A DNA stretch of 63,786 nt, counting the filler, from Gemmatimonadota bacterium (GTDB lineage Bacteria; 4572-55; J002), in assembly GCA_003697105.1 (NCBI GenBank). It is 8 parts of 8 records of this genome, joined end to end, with 100 filler letters (N's around TTAATTAATTAA, not from the genome) between each part and the next. Parts side by side here need not be neighbours in the genome. Positions count along the whole stretch, not along the records: positions 14,687 to 40,450 come from RFFQ01000128.1; 7 more parts are not named here. One strand, given 5' to 3'. Positions 21,313 to 31,362 of this stretch are shown here, piece after piece. Each line of letters begins with the position of its first letter. Position 1 is the stretch's first letter. The notes beneath the pieces are model-generated. The model was not told the origin of the DNA and did no database searches. It saw only the letters and a program-made list of their open reading frames with translations. The position numbers and the translations under genes were made by a program.

Positions 21313-22800
21313 TCATTTCAGCACCGTCATCATTCGGGAAATCTGGGTTTGCCCACAGACGAATCGATAGAGATACGTGCCGGATGGCAGGTCAGATGCC
21401 TCCACCGAAAGTTGGTATTGACCCGCACCGAACGATTGGTGATCCAGTAGCGTTTTTTGCAAACGCCCTTGCACATCATACAACCTTAATTGCACCGGTT
21501 GACCGGCATCCGCCTCACTAATCTGGAAGTGAATCGTGGTGCGCGGGTTAAAGGGGTTGGGATAATTCCCCAGCAGTTGGGTAACCTGCGGCGTGGTGGT
21601 CACTTGAACCGGTTCAACCCCAACACCCCCATCAAAAATGGGGTCAAAATCGACAGTGCCCTTGCTGGCATCATCGTTATGATCGAAGATCGTCAAAGCG
21701 ATTTCCTCAAAATCTTCGCTATCCCAGCGGTTATTTTCTGCCATAATATCGGCGACGGAATCGTTGTACACACTCCACACATCGCCATCTGGATCAACGT
21801 TACCAAAAATATGATTTTCACCATCATCGCCGGGATAATCATTGACCAGATCACCCAGATTAGCACTGGCGCCATTCACAAAATAAAAGCCGGTAAAATT
21901 ACCGGTGATCACGTTTCGGACAAAAAGGGGTTCCGACGTGTTACCGCCGACCATCACCCCTGCACCGGAGTTGGGATTGCCCGCTTGAAAATTATGCTGA
22001 ATCTGGTTCTCCCGAAACTCTCCAGAGGCATAAAGGAGATAAACACCGGTGTAATTATACTCGATCCGGTTGCCTTCCACCAGCGGCGCGATGTTTCCTT
22101 GACCGGTAACATCAAACGCCGTGATGCCCTGCCAAACATTGTGATGAATATGACTGCCGCGAATGGTAGGGTTACAACTCCCATTTGGCGATTGGTTGCT
22201 TATCTGAATCGCGCCACGCGGGGCTTGATCCAACGCACATTGGGTAATTTCACAACTATCAATAAGGGTATTGGAGTTTTCCACGATAAAAATACCATTC
22301 TGCTGACAGTTTTCAATATGGCAATGACGGATCGTGACCGGCGGCGGCGTGGCATTACCCACCCCAAAAACATGGATCGCTTTGGTGTTATCCCAGAACT
22401 CACAATTTTCGATCCGTACCGGCGAATTGACCGAATTGATAGCGATAGCGGCGTCTTCAATCCGACAGTAGTGAAATTGGCTCAGTTGCATGGTATTTTC
22501 CAGCCGGACACCCGCCCAATTACCACTGAGTGCTCGGAATTGCACCGGATTGACCGCGGAGCCATTTGCCTGAATGGTTCCCAGCGCGGTCAAGCGGTAA
22601 TCGCCTTGAAAAATCACGTCCACACCGGGTAAAAGGGTCAATTGTTGACCCGCCGGCACAGTGATGTCTCCGAGTATCCGGTAGGGCGAACCCAGAGGAG
22701 TCCACTGCCCAAAAACATCTCCAGCGGGGACATCGGTTGCTCCCGCCAACGGAGCAAAACTACACCAACCGATAATACTTATAATCAGAACGGTACGCAT
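21313..22800 (-). CDS. Secreted right-handed beta-helix protein with T9SS/Ig-like C-terminal domain
   Basis: Signal peptide; parallel beta-helix repeats; NYPNPFNP...LPSGTYLYR tail. Confidence 0.85.
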   Translation of the reverse strand: MRTVLIISIIGWCSFAPLAGATDVPAGDVFGQWTPLGSPYRILGDITVPAGQQLTLLPGVDVIFQGDYRLTALGTIQANGSAVNPVQFRALSGNWAGVRLENTMQLSQFHYCRIEDAAIAINSVNSPVRIENCEFWDNTKAIHVFGVGNATPPPVTIRHCHIENCQQNGIFIVENSNTLIDSCEITQCALDQAPRGAIQISNQSPNGSCNPTIRGSHIHHNVWQGITAFDVTGQGNIAPLVEGNRIEYNYTGVYLLYASGEFRENQIQHNFQAGNPNSGAGVMVGGNTSEPLFVRNVITGNFTGFYFVNGASANLGDLVNDYPGDDGENHIFGNVDPDGDVWSVYNDSVADIMAENNRWDSEDFEEIALTIFDHNDDASKGTVDFDPIFDGGVGVEPVQVTTTPQVTQLLGNYPNPFNPRTTIHFQISEADAGQPVQLRLYDVQGRLQKTLLDHQSFGAGQYQLSVEASDLPSGTYLYRFVCGQTQISRMMTVLK

Positions 22801-22904
22801 ACGAACCTCATTACGATGAAAAATCAAGTTTTGGATACAAGATGTTCTGCACACCCCTAAACGAATATTGATTTGACATACGTGCGGTATCGGGTGCAAA
22901 CTGC

Positions 22905-23756
22905 CTAAACCCAATCCTCAAATTGGTGTTGGATCACCTGAATAGACGCGTCATCAAAGCGGCCGCCACCATGGGTGACACCCGGAGCAATTTCCAGTGA
23001 TCCTGCCGGCATTCGGTCAACTAGTTGTTGGGCTAACTCTTTGGAAATAAAAGGGTCATCCTCCCCGAGCATGAGGTGGTAACGGCGGGGGAACTGTACC
23101 TCATGTGCCCGGTACAGCGGATTCCGCGCACCCAAATGAAAAATATTACCATGCCCAATCAGCCCCACCAACCGGTGACCCAACAGCTGATTGATAAAGG
23201 CATAACTGGCGAGCATGACGCCAAAGCTAATGCCGATCAAACCGATTTGGGTGGGGTCGATCTGCCCGTAACGCGGCAAAACCCGCTCGATTAAATTATG
23301 TAAATCTTGAACAACCAAATCAAAATAGATGCCGTAATCAAATGAACGAACGCCGGCGAGTTTTAAGCGCTGCTGAATGTGCGCCAACGCCACCGGTTTA
23401 CCACCGGTAATACTCCGGCTACCCCCAAAAGGGGCATCCAGCCCCACCCATGCGATACCCATATCCAACACCGGCTTAATCTGAAAAAAGCTGTACTGGA
23501 TAGGCGCACCAATCCCCTGTAAACTCAATACAACCGGTATATTACCTGCCCGGGGCGGATATGCTAGATAGACATCATAATTCGCCAGAGATTGATCCAA
23601 TGCCGGATTATGGGTGACCGCCCGGGGATGAAGAATACGCAGGTGACGTAAGGTGTATCCCCACCATTCGCGGGAATCCAGTTCCTGAACCTGAAATCGG
23701 GCGGGCGACTTGATGGAAGGAATTGCCGTCATTCGGTTTTTCAGAATGCTTTCCAT
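22905..23756 (-). CDS. Alpha/beta hydrolase fold protein
   Basis: GISFG nucleophile elbow, GEDDP and GVTHG (putative Ser-Asp-His triad); start uncertain. Confidence 0.7.
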   Translation of the reverse strand: MESILKNRMTAIPSIKSPARFQVQELDSREWWGYTLRHLRILHPRAVTHNPALDQSLANYDVYLAYPPRAGNIPVVLSLQGIGAPIQYSFFQIKPVLDMGIAWVGLDAPFGGSRSITGGKPVALAHIQQRLKLAGVRSFDYGIYFDLVVQDLHNLIERVLPRYGQIDPTQIGLIGISFGVMLASYAFINQLLGHRLVGLIGHGNIFHLGARNPLYRAHEVQFPRRYHLMLGEDDPFISKELAQQLVDRMPAGSLEIAPGVTHGGGRFDDASIQVIQHQFEDWV

Positions 23757-25222
23757 GGGCTATACACATCTCCTTCTTCAGAAACATCACCGGAATGAAC
23801 CACAGACGTATCCCGGTAGAGTTCACCGATAACAGCCGTGATCAGAACTTCATCCGTCAATTCCGGGGGTTTTGCTTGCCAGTTCTCAAAATGGCGTGCG
23901 ATAAAATCGGTGGTGGTCTCCCCAGAGTGAAACGCCGGGTGGTCCACCACAGCCCGTAAAAAGGGGATATTATGCTTTACTCCAGAAATAATGTAGTGAT
24001 CCAGGGCCCATTTCAGCCGCTCAATGCAAATCTCCCGGGTCATCCCGTAAACGGTCAATTTTGCCATCATCGGATCATAATAGGGAGTAACCTCCATTCC
24101 GGCGCGAATCCCAATGTCATTGCGAATGTGAATCCCTTCCGGGGGGATAAACAGGTGCAAAACACCGGTTGAAGGCAGGAAATTATTCTCGGCATCTTCC
24201 GCGTAAATCCGCACTTCGATGGCATGTCCCCGCTGGATAACCTGCTCCTGCTGAAAGGGTAACGGTTGTCCATCCGCCACTAAAATTTGCAAATAGACCA
24301 GATCAATACGGGTGGTTTGCTCGGTCACGCAGTGCTCCACTTGTAAGCGTGTATTCATTTCCAAAAAGTAATAACTGCCATCTTCGCCATAAACAAACTC
24401 AACCGTACCGGCGTTATAGTAGTTTACGGCATTTGCCGCTTGGATTGCAATTTGCCCCATTTCTGCCCGTTTTTCTGGGGTAAGGGCGGTGGAAGGAGTT
24501 TCTTCCAGTACTTTTTGGTGGCGTCGTTGGATGGAGCACTCGCGCTCAAATAGGTGAAAGGTGTTACCATGCTGATCGGCGATGATCTGAAATTCGATAT
24601 GGCGCGGATTAACGATGTATTTTTCAAGGAAGATCGCATCATCTCCAAATGCGTTAAGAGCTTCTCGTTTAGCGCCATCAACCGCATCGGCTAACTCCGC
24701 GGGGTCATGCACAATGCGCATTCCTTTCCCACCACCGCCTGCGGCGGCTTTGACCATCACGGGATAACCGATTTTGTCTGCTTCCGCCACGAATTTTTCG
24801 ATGGATTGGTCGGTGCCATAATATCCCGGCACAACCGGCACACCGGCACGTTCCATTGTGGATTTTGCGGCGATTTTATTCCCCATCAGCCGGATCGATT
24901 CTGGTGAGGGTCCAATGAACGTGATACCGGCATCCGCACAGGCTTGTGCGAAATCCGCATTTTCTGAGAGGAAACCGTAGCCGGGATGAATGGCTTCCGC
25001 ACCCGACTGGCGGGCTGCCGCTAGGATACGATCCATATTCAGGTAGCTTTCGGTGGCAGGTGCCGCACCAATAAAAACCGCCTCATCTGCCCGAATCACA
25101 TGCAATGCTTGCCGGTCTGCCTCCGAAAAAACTGCTACCGTTTTGATGCCCATCTCTTGGCACGCTTGAATCACCCGTACCGCAATTTCACCTCGATTTG
25201 CAATCAAAATTTTAGAAAACAT
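23741..25222 (-). CDS. Acyl-CoA carboxylase biotin carboxylase subunit
   Basis: KILIANRGEIA, HPGYGFLSEN, GGGGKGMR and EMNTRLQVEH motifs; no biotinyl (AMKM) domain. Confidence 0.93.
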   Translation of the reverse strand: MFSKILIANRGEIAVRVIQACQEMGIKTVAVFSEADRQALHVIRADEAVFIGAAPATESYLNMDRILAAARQSGAEAIHPGYGFLSENADFAQACADAGITFIGPSPESIRLMGNKIAAKSTMERAGVPVVPGYYGTDQSIEKFVAEADKIGYPVMVKAAAGGGGKGMRIVHDPAELADAVDGAKREALNAFGDDAIFLEKYIVNPRHIEFQIIADQHGNTFHLFERECSIQRRHQKVLEETPSTALTPEKRAEMGQIAIQAANAVNYYNAGTVEFVYGEDGSYYFLEMNTRLQVEHCVTEQTTRIDLVYLQILVADGQPLPFQQEQVIQRGHAIEVRIYAEDAENNFLPSTGVLHLFIPPEGIHIRNDIGIRAGMEVTPYYDPMMAKLTVYGMTREICIERLKWALDHYIISGVKHNIPFLRAVVDHPAFHSGETTTDFIARHFENWQAKPPELTDEVLITAVIGELYRDTSVVHSGDVSEEGDVYSPWKAF

Positions 25223-25294
25223 AGTTACCTCGATCTGTATAAAGTCCAGTTAAAGCAAACGTTGACGTTTCGAAAACTCAAAAGCCTCTTGCTT

Positions 25295-28200
25295 TTATTT
25301 GAGGAGCAACATGCGCCGACTCTGGGAAAAATCCGGTGCTTGCAAGCGATAAACATAAATTCCGGAAGGCAGGCTCTCATCCGGCGTCCAACTGACCTCA
25401 TGATAACCTGCTTCGCGCCAGCCATCCACAAGGGTTTCCACCAATCGTCCTTGTACATCAAAAACATCCAATTTGATGGCGGATGTGGTAGGTAATCCAA
25501 AGCGGAGGATTGTAGTTGGATTAAAAGGGTTCGGGTAGTTTTGGCTCAGGGAATAGGTACGTGGCACCTGAACTTCCGCTGGCGTCGTGGGTACATCTGT
25601 AATGGTATTGATACCCAAAAGGAGTACATTGTCCAGTTGGTGAGCATTGGTGGTATTGCTTGTAGTTGCCGTGAAGCCAAAATAGCCATCAAAGGGGACA
25701 TAATCCGTCAGACGATAGTCAAAACGTTGTTCGCCATCCCAAAACACGCGAACGTATCCGTCAAAGAAATCAATAACAACATGGTGCCATTGATCGTCTT
25801 CCAGTGCGCCATCTGGGGCTTGCCATGCCGCTAAATGGTTATCCGTGCGATTAAAAATGAAGGCGATGTGTTCCTCTGAAGGGTCATGCAACCCAGCGGT
25901 TAGCTCTGTATCAAATTCGATGGCGTACCCTTGGGTGTTGTAAAAATCCAGGGTGGGACCCCCTAACGCCGGGTAATTAAAGTAGGGTACAAATCCGAAG
26001 GTCATCCCTTCTCCCCCAGAACCACCGCCGAGCCGCAAGTCAAAACGAGCTTGGAAACGGTCTATCAAAAACCGCTGTTCGGAGAGGTAAATACGCCCCC
26101 GTTGCGCCCGATCCGGCGGCGTTAGCCAAAGGATATTCTGGGTGTCATCCCAAAACACATCATCAGAAAGATAAAACATTTCCGGGTCAAACCGGGAAAA
26201 ATCACTCTGCCATAAAATAGTGGTACCGGAATCTACAACAGTTAATTGGACGGGCACTGTAATCACCGTCTCATCGGAATCGTTACTGGTGATGGCCAAC
26301 GTCGTGGTATAGACATCCGGGGTAAGCGATTCAGCGGAAAGGAGTAAGGGTACATTTAGGGTTTCAAAGGGATTGATGCTATCTGCCGGAGCCATAGGTG
26401 TGAGCCAATCCACCTCACTGATGACCTCAAATTCAAGCAGTTGTGTACCTGAATTTGAAAGCCGGATCATTTCGGTAGCGGTCTGGTACTGCGGTAATGC
26501 CAGCTGAATTTCGGACCGGTCTATCTCGATGTCGGCATAGCCGGTCGTGGGCAATTCCGCCTGATACACACCGCGTCCGTGAGTTGCCGCCCGAATATAT
26601 TTGACGTCATCGGACTCAAAATAGTCAAAATCCAGAACGGGTACCATCGGGATGCCCGTCTCGCGCGTCCACGTTTGCCCCCCATCATGGGAATAGTACA
26701 CCCCGATGTCCGTTCCTAAAAGCCAGAAGTTGGGGTCTGCCCGGTCAATATAAAATGTGTTGCAGGGAATGTTGGGCATATCGCCACTGACGTTGTGCCA
26801 GCTTTCGCCTAAGTTGGTGGAACGGTAAAGCTTATCGCCCTCATAAAACCCAGAAAAGGTGATAAACAACGTATTTTCATCCCATGGATGGAACACGGCG
26901 CGGGTGATATTGCGCCCCGGTAAACCAGACCCACGAGCAGACCACGTTTGTCCGCCATCACTGGTAATTTGTGGACGCTGGCTACCTTGAGCCACCAACA
27001 GATGATTCGGATTCACCGGACTTTGCGCCATTTGAGAAATGGCATTTTCAAACTCCAAATCGCCCATGGCTTGCCAACTATTTCCGCGATTGGTGGAACG
27101 ATAGGGTTTACTCGTGGCGCTGTAAATGATGTTGTTATCCCACGGATGCATAAAATAGGGTGCAATCCAAGCTTTTGGTTCGTTACCGGGGATCCGGATG
27201 GCGGAAAAACTGCCCGGCAAACCCCGGTTGTTACTGCGCACCAGCCCACCATTTTGGCTGGACATGTACACATAATTTGGGTTGGTATGATCCACAAAAT
27301 TATCCATCCCGTCACCCCCGTAGGAATTGGGCCACTCCGTTTCCCCCTGATCAAAGGTATGAAAACTACCGTTATCCTGAGCACCACCGTACATCACATC
27401 CGCATCGGACGGACTCGACGACATTCGATAAAATTGTAAGGTACGGATACCGTTGTTGCGGTGTTCCCAATTCAGACCCCCATCCAAACTCTGGTAAACT
27501 CCGCCATCACAACCCACGTAGATAATGTCGGGATCGGATAGGGAATAAGCAATTTGGTGATAATCGACGTGCATTGGGCTACCCCAATACGGGTCATCGG
27601 AGCCGGGGATCGTTACCGGAGTGAAATTGATGCCATCGGTGGTTTCCCGCAAGATATTGGTCAACAAAAAGGCATGATTGGCATCATTTGGGCTGACACC
27701 AATATCGAGGTCATACCATCCCTGCTCGCCACTATCCACATAGAAAATCTGCTCCCAACTGAGACCATCATTGATGGTTTTGTACACTCCCACCTGGTTT
27801 TGCCAGTGTATCGCCAGATAGATCGTGGTAAGATTCCCATCATAATGGAGGGCTAAGTGCATCCGGGTCAACCAGTCGTATTCTGAAGGGGCGGGCAACC
27901 CGGTATTTTGTTCAATCCACGTTTCACCGTGATCATTGGATACCTGAAATCCATTTCGTGAAACGGCATAAACCCGACCTTCCCGTCCGGGATGTGTGAG
28001 CACATCCAGACCATTTACCGCCTCAATCACACGTTGCCAATTTTCTCCGGCATCAACACTACGCCAAATACCGGGTTGGTCACCTGTAAACAGCGAGGCA
28101 TAGACAATATCACTATCAAATGGATCGACGGCAACCCCAGAAAAGCGTGTCTGGATACCAAAATCATCTTGCCCAACAAAACGCCACGTTTCCCCCAAGT

Positions 28201-28771
28201 CCTCAGATTTATACATCCCGTGCCCATCATAAGAGTAGCCATTATAAGACGGTTCACCGGTTCCGGCATAGATCACATCGGGATTTTGCGGATCGAAAGC
28301 AATTGCGCCAAAAGTCAGGGATTCCAAATGAACACCCACATCTGCCCATGATTCACCCCCGTCAACGGTCTTCCAAATACCACCACTAGCAGACCCCACA
28401 AATGCGATGTTTGGATCCACCGGATGCACGCCCAAACCACGCACCCGCCCGCTGTTGATCCCCCAATGGGGTTGCATCGAACCTACACCAGAAGGACCCA
28501 CGTTTGTCCATTCCAATTCACGCGGATGGATCCGGCGCGATTCTTTCGCCAATTCCTGATCCCGTACCTGCCAGTAAATATCCACCGGAATAGAACCATC
28601 TTCCATCTGCCGAATCCGGTGAAATTCGTAGTAACGAATAAATGATTTCCGCTCCTTGACTTCATCTGGAAACCGGTCCCAATCAATTTGATACTGTGCG
28701 AAAACAACCGTTGTAAAAAGCACCATCAGGAACGAAATCATGCCTGTAAGCCATATATTATATCTAATCAT
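25295..28771 (-). CDS. Secreted BNR/Asp-box beta-propeller protein with Ig, L-type lectin-like and T9SS/Ig-like C-terminal domains
   Basis: Many S/T-x-D-G-G-x-S/T-W repeats; AIEFDT lectin-like motif; QNYPNPFNP tail; RBS GAGG before ATG 28771. Confidence 0.88.
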   Translation of the reverse strand: MIRYNIWLTGMISFLMVLFTTVVFAQYQIDWDRFPDEVKERKSFIRYYEFHRIRQMEDGSIPVDIYWQVRDQELAKESRRIHPRELEWTNVGPSGVGSMQPHWGINSGRVRGLGVHPVDPNIAFVGSASGGIWKTVDGGESWADVGVHLESLTFGAIAFDPQNPDVIYAGTGEPSYNGYSYDGHGMYKSEDLGETWRFVGQDDFGIQTRFSGVAVDPFDSDIVYASLFTGDQPGIWRSVDAGENWQRVIEAVNGLDVLTHPGREGRVYAVSRNGFQVSNDHGETWIEQNTGLPAPSEYDWLTRMHLALHYDGNLTTIYLAIHWQNQVGVYKTINDGLSWEQIFYVDSGEQGWYDLDIGVSPNDANHAFLLTNILRETTDGINFTPVTIPGSDDPYWGSPMHVDYHQIAYSLSDPDIIYVGCDGGVYQSLDGGLNWEHRNNGIRTLQFYRMSSSPSDADVMYGGAQDNGSFHTFDQGETEWPNSYGGDGMDNFVDHTNPNYVYMSSQNGGLVRSNNRGLPGSFSAIRIPGNEPKAWIAPYFMHPWDNNIIYSATSKPYRSTNRGNSWQAMGDLEFENAISQMAQSPVNPNHLLVAQGSQRPQITSDGGQTWSARGSGLPGRNITRAVFHPWDENTLFITFSGFYEGDKLYRSTNLGESWHNVSGDMPNIPCNTFYIDRADPNFWLLGTDIGVYYSHDGGQTWTRETGIPMVPVLDFDYFESDDVKYIRAATHGRGVYQAELPTTGYADIEIDRSEIQLALPQYQTATEMIRLSNSGTQLLEFEVISEVDWLTPMAPADSINPFETLNVPLLLSAESLTPDVYTTTLAITSNDSDETVITVPVQLTVVDSGTTILWQSDFSRFDPEMFYLSDDVFWDDTQNILWLTPPDRAQRGRIYLSEQRFLIDRFQARFDLRLGGGSGGEGMTFGFVPYFNYPALGGPTLDFYNTQGYAIEFDTELTAGLHDPSEEHIAFIFNRTDNHLAAWQAPDGALEDDQWHHVVIDFFDGYVRVFWDGEQRFDYRLTDYVPFDGYFGFTATTSNTTNAHQLDNVLLLGINTITDVPTTPAEVQVPRTYSLSQNYPNPFNPTTILRFGLPTTSAIKLDVFDVQGRLVETLVDGWREAGYHEVSWTPDESLPSGIYVYRLQAPDFSQSRRMLLLK

Positions 28772-28783
28772 AAGAACCTCTTT

Positions 28784-28927
28784 GTGAGTTTGGGAGTTTG
28801 ACAAGTTCATGAGTTCGTGAGTTTGGGAGTTTGACGAGTTCATGAGTTTGGGAGTTTGACGAGTTCATGAGTTTGGGAGTTTGACAAGTTCATGAGTTTG
28901 TGAGTTTGGGAGTTTGACGAGTTCGTG
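28784..28927. repeat. Tandem repeat of 8-9 bp GAGTT units with a 25-bp higher-order unit (5 copies)
   Basis: GAGTTTGGGAGTTTGAC(A/G)AGTTC(A/G)T repeated with occasional 8-bp inserts; no unique spacers. Confidence 0.9.
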
Positions 28928-28929
28928 CT

Positions 28930-29091
28930 CCTTCATCCTTCCGCCTTCATCCTTCATCCTTCCACCTTCATCCTTCATCCTTCCGTCTTCATCCTTCATC
29001 CTTCCGCCTTCATCCTTCATCCTTCCGCCTTCATCCTTCATCCTTCCGCCTTCATCCTTCCGCCTTCATCCTTCCGCCTTCATCCTTCATC
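28930..29091. repeat. Heptamer tandem repeat CCTTCAT/CCTTCCG (about 23 units, 21-bp higher-order period)
   Basis: Read directly from the sequence. Confidence 0.95.
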
Positions 29092-29435
29092 TTATAGTGG
29101 GCTTTCATCGTTTGAGTTTGAAAGAGAAAAGCAGAAGCAAATGTCACCAACGCCACCCCACTCAGGATCAGGATCATTCGCAACCAGGGCAATTGCCACT
29201 TCAGGCGAAATACCATCAACTGGTACGCGGTGATAACCCACTCCACACTGGCAAGAATCAGGGCAACCTGAACCACGCGGGCAACCAGCGGACGCCGAAA
29301 AAATAAACTGATTAGCAATAAAAGGCTAACCAGCACGAATCCCATCAAACCTTCCCGCATAAAATGCGCTCCGATGACGAGTAAACTCAATACAATAGGA
29401 ATAAATTGCAAAATCAATAAGAGCGTTTTTTTCAT
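29052..29435 (-). CDS. Small 4-TM membrane protein
   Basis: Four hydrophobic segments; the C-terminus and stop codon lie inside the heptamer repeat. Confidence 0.75.
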   Translation of the reverse strand: MKKTLLLILQFIPIVLSLLVIGAHFMREGLMGFVLVSLLLLISLFFRRPLVARVVQVALILASVEWVITAYQLMVFRLKWQLPWLRMILILSGVALVTFASAFLFQTQTMKAHYKMKDEGGRMKAEG

Positions 29436-29902
29436 AAAGACTCCCATGTGGTAAAAGGATGTTGAACTAAATAGGAATTAAAATAACGAGGATCACCGGT
29501 TACTTCTTGCCCGACCCATGAGGGCAACCTGAGGGGTTGGTCCAGATAATTCACCTCTACTTCAGCCAGAATAAGACCTTGATTTTGCCCTTCAAACACA
29601 TCGATTTCCCAGATCAATCCGTCCACCTCCAAGCGGTAACGGGTTTTTTCCAACGGGAGATGTTCACATAGTTGCATTAACTCCCGGGCATCGGCGATTG
29701 GAATCTCATACTCAAATTCCAGACGGGAGGCTCCCCGACTCTTCCCTTTGATTGCCAAATATGCCGTATTAGCCACGATCCGAACCCGGACAGTTCGTTC
29801 GGGCTGGGTGGAAATATAGCCCTGTTGCAAATATTGTCCAGTGGCTTCTGACCGCCACTCATTGCCAGTGACTAAAAATTTACGTTCAATTTCAGTTGCC
29901 AT
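29432..29902 (-). CDS. CYTH domain protein
   Basis: EIERKFLV, EFEYEIP, EKTRY, WEIDVF and LAEVE motifs. Confidence 0.92.
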   Translation of the reverse strand: MATEIERKFLVTGNEWRSEATGQYLQQGYISTQPERTVRVRIVANTAYLAIKGKSRGASRLEFEYEIPIADARELMQLCEHLPLEKTRYRLEVDGLIWEIDVFEGQNQGLILAEVEVNYLDQPLRLPSWVGQEVTGDPRYFNSYLVQHPFTTWESL

Positions 29903-29989
29903 TTAGCCTTCTCTTGACTATCGCCGCAAGTTTGCGGCATAATAGAATGAATGTGCGAAAAGCAAGATGTCGTGACATAACCGGACAGA

Positions 29990-31003
29990 TCAATCCTCCT
30001 CAGTGAGGATGCCATACACATCAACCCGGATCGGTGTATCGAGAGCACCGATAAAATCAATTTTGTAGGGGGTACTTTTACGCATCATCTCGAATAAAAC
30101 CGGAGTGGAAACGGTCTCGGCTTGCTCCCAGTAACGGGCGGTCTCTTCATTGCTAAATTCCAGATACTCTGAAGCATAATCGATAAACGATCGGGCATTA
30201 ATCACCTCACCGACAATTAAAAAACGACCACCGTAACGGTGCCATTCCGCCACCGGGAGCGTTGTTTCCGCAGCTAGTTGGTTAATACACGCCTCATGCC
30301 ACCGGAGCAACTCTTCCAATTTTGCCTTCTCAAACACCTGCTGAATGTGATCATCATTTTTAATACCTTGAGCGTATGCGCGTCGCCGGACTTCCGCTTT
30401 GGATATCCCACCCCGCTGATTACGCCAGGTGGCATCCTGCCGGTAAGTTGCTTCAAAAACGGTGGGGAACGCCTCATGTGACCACTCGCGCCGTTCTTCC
30501 TCTTCCAGATGGTCCTGGATACCTTGCCATAATTCAGCTACCCCGGCGCCGGACAAAAAATACGTTTGGCGGTAAGGGGGATAGTCTCGCTGCTGATCTT
30601 CCGGTGTGTTGGCCACCAGTAATTGCCTGCCACTGGCATAATTGACCTTCATCTCCAACCACGATCCCGATACCTCATGCGTATAGAGTACCGCCAGTAC
30701 GTGCTCGGTAGGATGGATAAATTCGCACAAATAAAGGTCATCCAATTCACGAACTTGATAGGCGTTTCCCCGATTAAACCCGATCTGCTCCAATTCATCG
30801 ATAAGATCGCTTATCCCATCTTCATAAAGCCAGCTCGGGTCATGATCTCGAAGAAGCCGAATGGTCGTCGGAAAGAAAATAGCAGAAGCATCCATCAGAC
30901 GCTTGAACTCTATCCATTTCCGGCGCAACCACCAGATAATGCCACCGGCAACAATCACCAGTACCAAAAAGAGAATCCCCAGAATCTTCAGAATCAGACT
31001 CAT
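29990..31003 (-). CDS. Membrane-anchored hypothetical protein
   Basis: 337-aa ORF with one N-terminal TM followed by a basic stretch. Confidence 0.75.
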   Translation of the reverse strand: MSLILKILGILFLVLVIVAGGIIWWLRRKWIEFKRLMDASAIFFPTTIRLLRDHDPSWLYEDGISDLIDELEQIGFNRGNAYQVRELDDLYLCEFIHPTEHVLAVLYTHEVSGSWLEMKVNYASGRQLLVANTPEDQQRDYPPYRQTYFLSGAGVAELWQGIQDHLEEEERREWSHEAFPTVFEATYRQDATWRNQRGGISKAEVRRRAYAQGIKNDDHIQQVFEKAKLEELLRWHEACINQLAAETTLPVAEWHRYGGRFLIVGEVINARSFIDYASEYLEFSNEETARYWEQAETVSTPVLFEMMRKSTPYKIDFIGALDTPIRVDVYGILTEED

Positions 31004-31243
31004 TGTACACCTTTCCAGTTCAAAACAAATTCCGTTAAATATTCTAGGGTGGGTATCAAACCCTATTATACATCCCGAATCGAAAATTGACCACGCAAAT
31101 TTGCCTTAGAGCGGAGTATCTGTTGAAGAGAGTACGGGAAGTGGGCTCAAAATATCAAAATTAACGTGATCCACTGTAGTGGGATTTAGGGCAAATGTCA
31201 AGATCAACTTTGCCGAAAAATCGCGGCTCGCGATTTTTTGGGG

Positions 31244-31280
31244 TTGACAACCGGCAGTCACAGGCTGTATATATTTACAG
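31244..31280 (+). promoter_or_regulatory. Promoter (-35 TTGACA) overlapped by a LexA/SOS-type box at 31265-31280
   Basis: CTGTATATATTTACAG (CTG-N10-CAG) over the -10 region; TGAC-N8-GTCA palindrome at 31245-31260. Confidence 0.7.
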
Positions 31281-31362
31281 GTTACGTGGATTTGAATCTC
31301 CAGAAATATTGAATTACTACGCTCTTTTCAGCAGCCAACCATACCCGGAGGAAGTCCAATTT

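Noticed and set aside
21490-22632. 380-aa plus-strand ORF, and similar ones at 36947-37657 and 26948-27439
   Set aside because: Shadow ORFs opposite well-supported genes.
25235-25249. CTGTATAAAGTCCAG as an SOS box
   Set aside because: Spacing is N9 rather than N10 and the right half-site is poor.
28784-28927. 25-bp repeats as a CRISPR array
   Set aside because: No unique spacers; the unit is built from shorter tandem repeats.
28914-29306. Plus-strand ORFs with SSFILPP/LHPSAFI repeats
   Set aside because: By-products of the heptamer repeat, antisense to a real gene.
31195-31362. N-terminal extension of the TPR ORF
   Set aside because: It spans a promoter and operator; a GGAGG precedes ATG 31363.
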